Shown here in pieces: positions 1-8,518 of a stretch of 64,000 nt of DNA. The DNA is taken from assembly GCA_003512955.1 (NCBI GenBank), contig DOTG01000020.1, positions 31,632 through 95,631 on the forward strand, read 5' to 3'. This DNA is from Marinilabiliales bacterium (lineage in GTDB: Bacteria > Bacteroidota > Bacteroidia > Bacteroidales > SZUA-534). The notes under the pieces were generated by a model. The model worked only from the letters and a program-made list of their open reading frames with translations, was not told the DNA's origin and did not search any database. Both the position numbers and the translations under genes were made by a program. Position 1 is the first letter of the stretch. Each line of letters begins with the position of its first letter.

Positions 1-3000
1 CATTTTTCCAAATTTGTTGGTTACATGTATCAGCAAATCAGGAATTTTTTGCATTTGGATGGTAAGATTCAAATCCCCGGCAATGCTGTCCAACGTGTCG
101 GAACTGGAATAATAGCCCCACTTTTCGATATAATAAATAAGTGTAGCACCCGAGGCAATGCCCTCAAAAGTTGCTTTTCCATCGGTTTCACTAATTACCC
201 AGTCATTATTAAAAAGTACATTCACTCCTGCCAAAGGCACCTCTTTTTCAGTAAACTCAAAGGTGACCGTATAGATAGGCATTTTAGTCAGGTTGATTGT
301 TACAAGGGTGTCGTTAGTTATGGTAACCTCTTGCTCCAGAAACTCAAAACCAGGAGCCTCAACCAACAAAATATAGGTTCCTTCGGGAATTTCGCTGAAT
401 TGGAGTTCCCCGGAAGCTGTTGTCGTTTGAGACTGAGAATTGAATGTCACCGTAGCCCCTTCCAAGGCATTGGTGCCATCAGTTATTTGAATAGCCATTT
501 CATACAGATTTTCATAGTTCTGCAATATCAGGGTGTCTGTTTTTACCGTATCATTCAACTCAACCGCCTGTTGCAAAGGCTGAAACCCTTTTTTCGAAAC
601 AAAAGTCTCATAGGTTCCGTGTGCCAGGTAACCCGTGATTTTTCCATCCGTATTGGTTAACCATTGCTGTGAACCCAGCGTTACTTGCGATTCTGAAACC
701 GGCACCAACAATTCATCAACAACAACCAATGTCAGTGTATCTTGCTTCAAGTTCTGATCGATAAAACCAAATTTCACGTTAGGGCGGATATTGTTGGACC
801 CGTCAAACTGCGCCGGATATTCATTGTCGGCATAACCATAAGCAACAGTGGGGGCCGGCGTTTCAGAGCAATAAACCGATGTCCGGTCGGTAGAGGCACA
901 ATAACTTTCGTTCACCCCCCAATAAATCTCCACAAGCAAATTCCCCTGCTTGGTTTGGTATTCAAAAGGATCAATTGCTAATCCAAACCAACCTGTCACA
1001 GCGCTCAACTCCAGACTGTCTTGATACAGCACCGTGTCAGGATTTTCAATCGTTGCATAGCTTGTGTCCATTTGAGTAGCCGGGGTAGTACCCATAACAA
1101 TAACAAAATTCTTAAGCATGCGGTGTTTTTCGTTGGTAGTTACTGAAGCCAGATTTAATGCCAATTCATTGATCAGTTGTGTCCCTGAGGAGAATTCATC
1201 GGCAAGAAAGAGCATTTGTGTTTTGTTGCTTTTATAGTAATTATAGAACGGGTATTGGTATTTCTTGGTTGTTCCGCTTCCAAGCTCCAGTAAAGGTGGT
1301 TGTCCCACCACAAACTGATAGGTGTTTCTTAGGCTGTCTTCCGGGGCCCTTCCATAATTAACCGAAATTTTAGTGCCTTGTGGGGTATGGCTGCTGGTAC
1401 TTGCTTTCACTTTTGCATACCCTGTTTGTCCGGGCTCTATGGCATCCACCTCCACCAGTTCTCCATCAAGAATAACGTATGGAGACGATGCCTCCCATCG
1501 GATTTGAAGGGGTGACGAGGTTTGGGTTCCTTCATTCAAAATTGAAAGTAAAAGAAAGCCAGATTCCCCAGGTTCCAGTTTATTGTTCCCATCGCCATAA
1601 GTTCCATCTTCGATCAAAACCGCATCACCTAAACTTACAACGGGGGCATTTACGGTGAATTCCACCGTCCGGATCCATTGATGCTCCAGGTTGTCGGTAA
1701 TTGTTAAGGTAAAAACTGATTGATGCTGGTTGGGTGTGGCTCCTGAAACTTTAATTTTTAAACCACTGTTTCCTGTTTGGCTTCCTGCGTTTATGGTGCC
1801 AAAAGAATGTGAAGCCTGTAATATCTGTATAAATTCATCGGTTGTAGAAAGTACCACTTGTACATCTGCTGCCGTTTCAACACCAACATTTTTTATCTGA
1901 ACATCTATAAAAACCTCTTCCCCACTATCTAACCAGTTATTGTTATTTCCGTACCTGTCGTTTACCGAGGCTTTAACCATCGAGATATAAGGCCCTTGAG
2001 CAGGGATTACTTTTACCACAGACTGATAAGTCCTTAGATTAAAACCTGTAATTACCAAATCCAGGTCGGTCACATCGGTAAAAGGTTCGAATTCCAGTAA
2101 TGCCTCACCATTTACTACCACAGCCGTGGCAACTACAGTATTTTGGTGGCTCAAACCAACCAGTCCCTGTTCGGCATTGCACGAGACCAATAAAGAAGAT
2201 GTTCCGATAAGAATTTCGTCGGCATGGGAAACTTCCATAGCCACGGGGGTTTTGGTGCGCACCAAAACCGATGGATCGCCAAAAGTGGTCCAGGTGTCGG
2301 TCATATCTTCCCCGTCGCTTCCATATTCATCGTTCATGTGCAAGCAACCATTGTAGGCGATGCCGCCAAACGTCCGCTTGATATTGTTTTCGTAACTTTC
2401 AATCAAAATATCAACCATCTCATCCTGCCCGTCCATTGGGGGAGCCCACGATTGATTTATGGTAGAGGCAATAATAGCCAAGGCCCCTGTGGGCTGATCA
2501 TTTTTCCTTGCCTGAACAAAAGCTTCGGCAAAGCAGGTTTGCCCGTGAAAGTTTCCATTCACACAAGCTACATCGAATACAAATGGAAACTTGTTGTAGT
2601 TTGTTAAATTGTTGCAGTCGGCCACATCAAAACCGGTGGTTACCCAATAGGTGTCGGCACCGTGGCCTACATAATTGATGTTACTCAAACCGGTATTGAT
2701 AGCATTTGAGACCTGCAGGGCGGTAGCTCCCGGATCGTAAGCTGTAGCCACCTGCTCATAAGTAAACGAAAGGAGATCGGTTTTTATCTTTTCCATGTGC
2801 TGTTTGTCCGATTCCCCATCATCTCCCTGGCCACCACCGCCCTCATCGGAGGCAATAACCATTCCATTGGAGAGCCATATAGCTGTTTCATCTATATCGC
2901 GTTCGTAATAAATGGACTTTTCCACCTGGTTTTGAATATGCGTTGTGGTACTGCCACTCAATCGTCCCACAAAAAATTCCGGATAAGAATCGTTTCCTGC

Positions 3001-3978
3001 CATGTAAGCATAAGCCACATCGGAATCACCACTTGCATACAACGACGGGATGTCGTTGGCATCACCAACTAGCAATAAAAACGTCAGCCCTTTTTGTTGA
3101 TAATACAAACGGATATATTCCTGCAAATCTTCAGCATTGTTACCCGTGGTTGATGCTGAAAATTCAACAATCTCGGTTACCAGACCACGTTTGTTTTTCC
3201 AGTCAGCTAAAGGTTTTACGGCCTCAACATACTTGGCGGGGCTAACGATCAATAAATTCCCCGATTCCTCCACCGGAGTATATTTTGGCGTTTGATAATT
3301 CAGAAATTGATGTTGGTAAATCTGCTGATATTCGGCACTTGATTTTTTAGGGGCCTTGAATGTAACCGGGTTTTCGCCCAACTCCCCCGAGTTCATTAAC
3401 CGGACACGGATTTGGGTATATACCCGCAAGGTTTTGGTCGCCGGATTGTATTGCAAGGGGTTTACCACGATAGTTTGTCCCCTATAATCGCGTAAAATAT
3501 AGGGCTTGCGCAGTTCTGCCAATATCCCGGGATAAAAAGCATCGGTTTGATAGGCCGCCCCGTATGTGTAGGAAACTTTTGCAGGGTTTTGATCGCGGTA
3601 AAGGTTCCCTTTCGATGGTGCCACTTCGATATTTGGATATTCCACAAATTCGGCATTAAGCACCTCCAAATCCATACGTTCTGTTTCAGAAACAATAACC
3701 GATGTAGTCCATTTTTGCAAATCGGGAGCTCCGGTTTCTAAAATGGGTGAACCCTTTTCCAACATGAGTATGGAGGCTTCTCCCTTGGGTGTTTTTACCT
3801 CAATAGTGGAATACCCATTGAAGGTAAAAACCAATTCCATGGCTTTGCTGTCCGATGATACCAGCTTTACTCCTGTTTTTTCTGTTTTATCTATCACCAC
3901 ATTACTTGCCATGGAGGAAAAAACAGAAATTAAAATGCTTGCTAAAAACATTAAAATCAGACTATTTGCTTTTTTCAT
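1..3978 (-). CDS. Gingipain-like cysteine peptidase (family C25), first 1326 codons; the 3' end runs off the window start
   Basis: Own minus-strand translation: ATG at 3976-3978 with no in-frame stop down to base 1, which explains its absence from the ORF track. Signal peptide MKKANSLILMFLASILISVFSSMA. Catalytic-domain strings NYVGHGADTYW (His), PFVFDVACVNGNF (Cys), IIASTINQSWAPPMDGQDEM and DTWTTFGDPSVLVRT closely resemble gingipain RgpB as I remember it. Downstream are a CARDB/Ig-like segment and three carboxypeptidase-regulatory-like repeats (e.g. ATVTFNSQSQTTTASGELQFSEIPEGTYILLVEAPGF). Confidence 0.85.
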   Translation of the reverse strand, partial: MKKANSLILMFLASILISVFSSMASNVVIDKTEKTGVKLVSSDSKAMELVFTFNGYSTIEVKTPKGEASILMLEKGSPILETGAPDLQKWTTSVIVSETERMDLEVLNAEFVEYPNIEVAPSKGNLYRDQNPAKVSYTYGAAYQTDAFYPGILAELRKPYILRDYRGQTIVVNPLQYNPATKTLRVYTQIRVRLMNSGELGENPVTFKAPKKSSAEYQQIYQHQFLNYQTPKYTPVEESGNLLIVSPAKYVEAVKPLADWKNKRGLVTEIVEFSASTTGNNAEDLQEYIRLYYQQKGLTFLLLVGDANDIPSLYASGDSDVAYAYMAGNDSYPEFFVGRLSGSTTTHIQNQVEKSIYYERDIDETAIWLSNGMVIASDEGGGGQGDDGESDKQHMEKIKTDLLSFTYEQVATAYDPGATALQVSNAINTGLSNINYVGHGADTYWVTTGFDVADCNNLTNYNKFPFVFDVACVNGNFHGQTCFAEAFVQARKNDQPTGALAIIASTINQSWAPPMDGQDEMVDILIESYENNIKRTFGGIAYNGCLHMNDEYGSDGEDMTDTWTTFGDPSVLVRTKTPVAMEVSHADEILIGTSSLLVSCNAEQGLVGLSHQNTVVATAVVVNGEALLEFEPFTDVTDLDLVITGFNLRTYQSVVKVIPAQGPYISMVKASVNDRYGNNNNWLDSGEEVFIDVQIKNVGVETAADVQVVLSTTDEFIQILQASHSFGTINAGSQTGNSGLKIKVSGATPNQHQSVFTLTITDNLEHQWIRTVEFTVNAPVVSLGDAVLIEDGTYGDGNNKLEPGESGFLLLSILNEGTQTSSPLQIRWEASSPYVILDGELVEVDAIEPGQTGYAKVKASTSSHTPQGTKISVNYGRAPEDSLRNTYQFVVGQPPLLELGSGTTKKYQYPFYNYYKSNKTQMLFLADEFSSGTQLINELALNLASVTTNEKHRMLKNFVIVMGTTPATQMDTSYATIENPDTVLYQDSLELSAVTGWFGLAIDPFEYQTKQGNLLVEIYWGVNESYCASTDRTSVYCSETPAPTVAYGYADNEYPAQFDGSNNIRPNVKFGFIDQNLKQDTLTLVVVDELLVPVSESQVTLGSQQWLTNTDGKITGYLAHGTYETFVSKKGFQPLQQAVELNDTVKTDTLILQNYENLYEMAIQITDGTNALEGATVTFNSQSQTTTASGELQFSEIPEGTYILLVEAPGFEFLEQEVTITNDTLVTINLTKMPIYTVTFEFTEKEVPLAGVNVLFNNDWVISETDGKATFEGIASGATLIYYIEKWGYYSSSDTLDSIAGDLNLTIQMQKIPDLLIHVTNKFGKM

Positions 3979-4137
3979 TGTGTTGCATTTAATTTTTTAA
4001 CCTTCTACTCACGTAAAAGATTACTGAATAGTAGTAGTTTATTACAGTGCGCAATTAGCAAAATATTCTTTGGACTATCACCAATAAAATTGAATTGTCC
4101 TAGTAAAATCCACCTGATAAAAAGCATGTTTTCTCAC

Positions 4138-4250
4138 AATAGACCGGTAGATTTTTAGACACAAAACACGAGATAAAACATATCCTGTTGAAAAGCATGA
4201 TTTGATACTCTTTGTAAATAACAGATTATCATTTATTTATAAAAATTTTA
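4138..4250 (+). repeat. Copy A of a conserved intergenic element of about 115 bp (copy B at 62124-62246)
   Basis: 4145-4185 (cggtagatttttagacacaaaacacgagataaaacatatcc) matches 62131-62171 at 36 of 41 positions by my count. Shared blocks further on: tttgt(t)aa(a)ta, aacagattatc, ttataaaa(a)tttta. Both copies are in the same orientation. Confidence 0.75.
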
Positions 4251-4257
4251 CAGACAA

Positions 4258-4280
4258 TTGCCCTCATTGTCTGAGGGCAA
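4258..4280. other. Perfect stem-loop TTGCCCTCA-ttgtc-TGAGGGCAA immediately after repeat copy A
   Basis: A 9-bp perfect inverted repeat read directly from the sequence. There is no adjacent U-tract on either strand, so I do not call it a canonical intrinsic terminator. Confidence 0.5.
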
Positions 4281-4629
4281 TAAAGGATACGAAGGTTTTA
4301 AAAAAAATATAGAGGTCGGTAGATAACTGCATAACACAAAATGATTAGAAATAACCTATTCCCCCCTCTGCCAAAAGGCCATTTACTCGCTATCGCTCAT
4401 GAGAACACTCACTTCGTTCATTTAGTTCCCCAAGGGGAGAACTGCTTTGTTGTAAGTTTTTTGTAGTATTTGTGCTCGTACCCGCGAATCTAAATCGGGG
4501 TATGTCCACGCCATGGCTTGGTTTCCGAAGGGTGGAGGGGAAGATAACGAAATAGATATACAATTAACTACTTACCTCAGAAGAATTAAAATATCTCAAC
4601 GTAAGTGGACCTGTATAAATATTTCCTCT

Positions 4630-6240
4630 TTAAAAATCGTAATAAAAATTCTGAAGCGATGTACGGATACCAAATGTAAACAGACTCTGTTCCAACGAAT
4701 TCTCTTTCCGCATGGTGTAATTTACATAAATATTCAGGTTGGTGCGTGGATTCACCAGGTAGGCAACCATAAATGAGGTGTATTTTAAAGTTACCTCACG
4801 CGCCTGCCCCAGATAGTTCCCGTATTCCTGTGCATGGGTGGTGTACGGGGCATAAATATCGTTCCCAAAATTTAACCCGGCCGTATCGCTCCCGTGTTTG
4901 GCATAAGAATACCGGCCCTCGAAAAACAGCCGTTTGTAATTATAACGAACAAAGGAAACCGACTCCCAAAAGTTAGACCCCAAGGGATGCGCCAGGGAGG
5001 CATTGTAATGTCCATAATTTTGCTTGGTAATCAGGTGCGAATACATGTAAGGCCTAACATAATTGAACTCGCTCTGAATATCGAGGTGCTTGAACCCAAA
5101 CAGATCGAAGGTTTTGTAACCTATCTGAAACGCCCATTTGTTGGCCCACCAACCCCACTGAATAGTTGTGTCGGAAGGATTCATCCGGTGCTGAAAATCT
5201 GCCTTGATTTCCCTGATTTTAAATTCATCAATCATCATCTGACCATAAAAAACATGATCCCCGAAAAGGGTTATTTTACCGTTCAAGCCCATCAAAGCAT
5301 TGTCGGGTGAGCCCACTGAAAATTCCACGGGACGTAAAAAAATCACCGGGTTGGCATAATTAAAGTCGAACCCACGGACTCCGCTACTATCAGCATGTTG
5401 CCAGATAATAGCTTCAAAAAAACCGAGGTTTAACCAAGGTGTTACGCTCCAATCGAGGTAATGAAAGGATCCCCATTTTTTGTCAAAGGCCTCACCATAG
5501 GGATGCCCTGTAGTCAAATCCTGAAACTGTGCCCAAAGGTTTACATACTTGATGTGCCAAAAGTCGGTGGTAATCCTGAAAAAAGGGTAATTAAACGCGT
5601 GATCGGATAACAGCAAGGAACGGTAGCCATCGCCAATAAAGTTTTTGCCATGGCCAAATGTGAAATTGAAATGTTTGCCTGGGGTAAACGACACGTAGGC
5701 TTCGGCCAGTCCATAATCGAATCCGGTTTTCTTATAAGCTTTTGGCCAACCCTGGCCGGGAACCACACCAAATTGATTCACCCGTTCGCGCCGATAATCG
5801 TTAAACAGGACTTGGTTTTCGTAAAACGAGGTGGACACTGAAACCATCTTGCCCAACTGTGCGTTCACCATTACGCCTCGCGTATTGATCCAGCTCTTCT
5901 TGGATTGATCCGGATCTTTCCCCAGTTCAAAGTTAAAAAGTGGATCGAGTGTAAAGGAAAAATCCCCCTTCTGGTATTGAAGCAAGCTCCGGTTAAAAAT
6001 CATATCCACTGCCTTTTTCTGCGTAGGAATCCGGTACAGGCTGTCGAAACGTACGATTGAATCAACCTGTGCCTTTAAAAAAGGCCGCACTGAGGTATGA
6101 AACCGATGATCGGCTTGATACACATACCTATCCTGATGCGGAAAATTCTGGTTTTGGTACAGCGAGTGCGATTCCTGAGCCTCAACCCGGATTTGCCAAA
6201 CAAACACAATGGTAAGAAATACAATAAATCGAGCCGTCAT
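4630..6240 (-). CDS. Outer-membrane beta-barrel protein, capsule-assembly Wzi-like / RemB-like
   Basis: ORF 4630..6303 trimmed to the ATG at 6238-6240, giving signal peptide MTARFIVFLTIVFVWQIRVEAQ. Aromatic/Gly-rich alternating strands and a C-terminal ...NFYYDF with terminal Phe are typical of OM barrels. The string GYRSLLLSDHAFNYPFFRI resembles the Wzi family. The family call is from memory only. Confidence 0.6.
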   Translation of the reverse strand: MTARFIVFLTIVFVWQIRVEAQESHSLYQNQNFPHQDRYVYQADHRFHTSVRPFLKAQVDSIVRFDSLYRIPTQKKAVDMIFNRSLLQYQKGDFSFTLDPLFNFELGKDPDQSKKSWINTRGVMVNAQLGKMVSVSTSFYENQVLFNDYRRERVNQFGVVPGQGWPKAYKKTGFDYGLAEAYVSFTPGKHFNFTFGHGKNFIGDGYRSLLLSDHAFNYPFFRITTDFWHIKYVNLWAQFQDLTTGHPYGEAFDKKWGSFHYLDWSVTPWLNLGFFEAIIWQHADSSGVRGFDFNYANPVIFLRPVEFSVGSPDNALMGLNGKITLFGDHVFYGQMMIDEFKIREIKADFQHRMNPSDTTIQWGWWANKWAFQIGYKTFDLFGFKHLDIQSEFNYVRPYMYSHLITKQNYGHYNASLAHPLGSNFWESVSFVRYNYKRLFFEGRYSYAKHGSDTAGLNFGNDIYAPYTTHAQEYGNYLGQAREVTLKYTSFMVAYLVNPRTNLNIYVNYTMRKENSLEQSLFTFGIRTSLQNFYYDF

Positions 6241-6333
6241 AAAGTGGTTATTACTGAAATAAAATATAGATTCGTTGTTGTTTTCATTCACCGCAAAGCA
6301 CACCTAGGATTTCTTCTAGGGGAGCCTTACTTT

Positions 6334-7506
6334 TTAGGATGATTCTATTTTTTCCAAATCATCTAAGTTTGCATACAACTCTGTCAACGGAACTACTTGA
6401 ATCCCATTACTCCTTCTTTGGACCAACTCTCCACCATATACAACCAATCCGCCTCCAGTTTGGGTAATCTTGTTCCAAAATTGAATTCCCTTAAAATATT
6501 CATTTGAGATGGTTTGCCCGGATTTTATTTCAATGGCCAATTTCTCAGTAGCCATAACAACCAACACATCTATTTCATTTCCCACGTTATCACGCCAAAA
6601 AAATAGATTGTTCGTTTTTCCATTATTCAAACGCCTCTTTAAAAGTTCAACAATAACTGCGTTTTCGAACAGATGTCCACGGAATGGGTTTAATGCCAGT
6701 TGTTTCTGATTCTCAACCCCTAACAACGCGCAAGCAAGTCCGGTATCATAAAAATAGATTTTTGGCATTTTAACAATGCGTTTGTTATAGCTTTCATGGA
6801 AAGGCTGCAACCGAAAAAGAATGAAACTGGTTTCCAGCACAGCCAACCATGCACCGATAGTTTTAGTATCGACCCCTACCTCCACCGCAAGATTGCTCAT
6901 GTTGAGCAGTTGACCTATTCGCCCGGCACACAATCGCAGAAATCGTTCAAAGGCATACAAATCGCTAATATTTTTTAATAAGCGGACATCGCGCTCAATA
7001 TAGGTGCGGATATAATTTGCATAAAACCGGGAGGTCTCCGTTTCTTCCTGATGCAATACCGGATACCCTCCTTTATACAACCAAAAGTCTATCTCGTCCT
7101 TATATTTCAGTTCGTTCATACTCAAAGGCAATAAAAACAAGTAGCCTACCCTTCCTGCTAAACTTTGTGAAATGGACTCCTGTAATAAAAAATTGTTGGA
7201 CCCGGTTAGAATAAATTGCCCTTTAGACGCTCTTTCATCAAGAACCTGCTGTAGGTAGGAAAAAAGATGGGGTACTCTCTGTATCTCATCAAGGATGGCT
7301 CCATTTGGATAATTGTAAAGAAAGCCACGGGGATCTTCCATCGCAAATCTCCGGATATCAGGGTTTTCTAAACTTACATAGGCCTTCCCCTCAAAAACCA
7401 TCCGTACCAATGTTGTTTTTCCTGATTGCCGGGGACCGACCACTGCTACCGCTTTAAACTGGGTAGCCAAATACCGTAATTCGTTTTCTGCCTCGCGTTT
7501 AATCAT
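6334..7506 (-). CDS. AAA+ ATPase with C-terminal DUF4143 (COG1373-type), paralog 1
   Basis: Walker A GPRQSGKTT, Walker B-like AILDEIQ, and C-terminal EIDVLV...AIEIKSG, which is a D...E-x-K PD-(D/E)XK-like motif. Confidence 0.85.
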   Translation of the reverse strand: MIKREAENELRYLATQFKAVAVVGPRQSGKTTLVRMVFEGKAYVSLENPDIRRFAMEDPRGFLYNYPNGAILDEIQRVPHLFSYLQQVLDERASKGQFILTGSNNFLLQESISQSLAGRVGYLFLLPLSMNELKYKDEIDFWLYKGGYPVLHQEETETSRFYANYIRTYIERDVRLLKNISDLYAFERFLRLCAGRIGQLLNMSNLAVEVGVDTKTIGAWLAVLETSFILFRLQPFHESYNKRIVKMPKIYFYDTGLACALLGVENQKQLALNPFRGHLFENAVIVELLKRRLNNGKTNNLFFWRDNVGNEIDVLVVMATEKLAIEIKSGQTISNEYFKGIQFWNKITQTGGGLVVYGGELVQRRSNGIQVVPLTELYANLDDLEKIESS

Positions 7507-7525
7507 GATACAAATTTACAATTGT

Positions 7526-7538
7526 GGAATTAAATTCC
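7526..7538. promoter_or_regulatory. GGAAT-taa-ATTCC palindrome 20 bp upstream of the ATPase-1 start codon (candidate operator)
   Basis: Perfect 5-3-5 palindrome read directly. The same GGAAT-N3-ATTCC palindrome occurs twice upstream of ATPase-3 (37849-37861 and 37881-37893). Confidence 0.35.
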
Positions 7539-7574
7539 AAATCTGTAAATATTATTTATAAACCTTAAATCCGC

Positions 7575-7654
7575 GAGTCGCGGTGCGACTCTATTAAAGA
7601 GGGTATTTTATATCAATTATGCAATCTCTGATTTAGTGAAGTCGCGCCGCGACT
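7575..7654. repeat. Pair of GC-rich palindromes (GAGTCGCggtGCGACTC at 7575-7591; AGTCGCGcCGCGACT at 7640-7654) in AT-rich spacer
   Basis: Both are perfect 7-bp-arm palindromes sharing the core AGTCGC..GCGACT, and they lie about 50 bp apart. Read directly from the sequence. Confidence 0.6.
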
Positions 7655-7950
7655 AAGTGTCTCATTTTCTTTGCTATTAATAGTTCACCTGCTCTCCACC
7701 TTGAGGCCTGTCTGCCTTTGATAGAGGGTTACAGGCCGGGATAAGCTTTCACCCCTAATACAAAAACAATGAACAAAGTATCAAGCAGTCAGTATCAAGA
7801 CACAAGACAACGGGCCAATTTGCTCATAGGCTAACGAACTTCCGTACTTTTTGGTACGCAGAGTTTCACAGAATTCCTCAAAGCAATTCCGGTTTCCGTT
7901 TTTCGGTTTCCGGTATTTCACTGCAATTACCGGCTGGTAGAATAAACCAA

Positions 7951-8318
7951 TACAGCCATAAGGAATATGCCTACTTTGTAGCCCAGCGTTATTGGGTAGA
8001 GCGGACATTTGACAATGCCAAAAATGAACTGGGCATGTCGGATTACCAAACCCGGGTTGGAAAAACTGGCACCATCACCATGCCCTTGTAATGTTGGCTT
8101 CGTTGTTTATAATGAAACAACAGATGGATAACCATTCCGATGTACCATTACTTAGTTTTAGAGATGCCAGGATATTGGTAATACTACAAGTTTTTGGTAC
8201 ACCCAAAGATGTTGAGCAACGGTTAGAACAAATGGCTAAAAGACATCACAAAAGGAAACTTGATATTGATTATTGTTACAGCAAACAAGCTCAAAATCAA
8301 ATATTATTATCTTCGTAA
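7951..8318 (+). pseudogene. C-terminal remnant of a DDE transposase (IS701/IS4-like), frameshifted
   Basis: Frame 1 reads ...EYAYFVAQRYWVERTFDNAKNELGMSDYQTR up to about 8055. The reading frame then shifts (about 8053-8058) to WKNWHHHHALVMLASLFIMKQQ...LLSFRDARILVILQVF...RHHKRKLDIDYCYSKQ* (ORF 8091..8318). The ...F.DAK.ELG...YQ.R.W.GWHHH..L.M.A pattern is typical of this transposase class. No intact N-terminal DDE region is present. Confidence 0.6.
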
Positions 8319-8478
8319 AGTAGAAATAACTTTATTATTTTAAAGAAAAACAAAATTCTTTCATGTTTTAACATTCCAAAAACAGTTAATTATTTATTGG
8401 TGTTGGTTTAATACATTTTTTTTTGATAAATCCCAAATTACCTGCAATGAAACATTTTTTACTATTCCCATTAAAAAC

Positions 8479-8486
8479 TAATTTTG
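8479..8486 (+). promoter_or_regulatory. Candidate Bacteroidota -7 box TAATTTTG upstream of the phosphotransferase gene
   Basis: Exact match to the TAnnTTTG consensus, 33 nt before the ATG at 8519. I saw no clear -33 TTTG. Confidence 0.35.
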
Positions 8487-8518
8487 GTAGGCTTAAATGA
8501 ATTTAATATAAAAAAACT

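Noticed and set aside
25-3245. Series of + strand ORFs in the track (25..660, 742..981, 2224..2607, 2943..3245 and others)
   Set aside because: They lie antisense to the continuous 1326-codon C25 peptidase ORF on the minus strand. Their translations are low-complexity with no recognisable motifs, so they are shadow ORFs.
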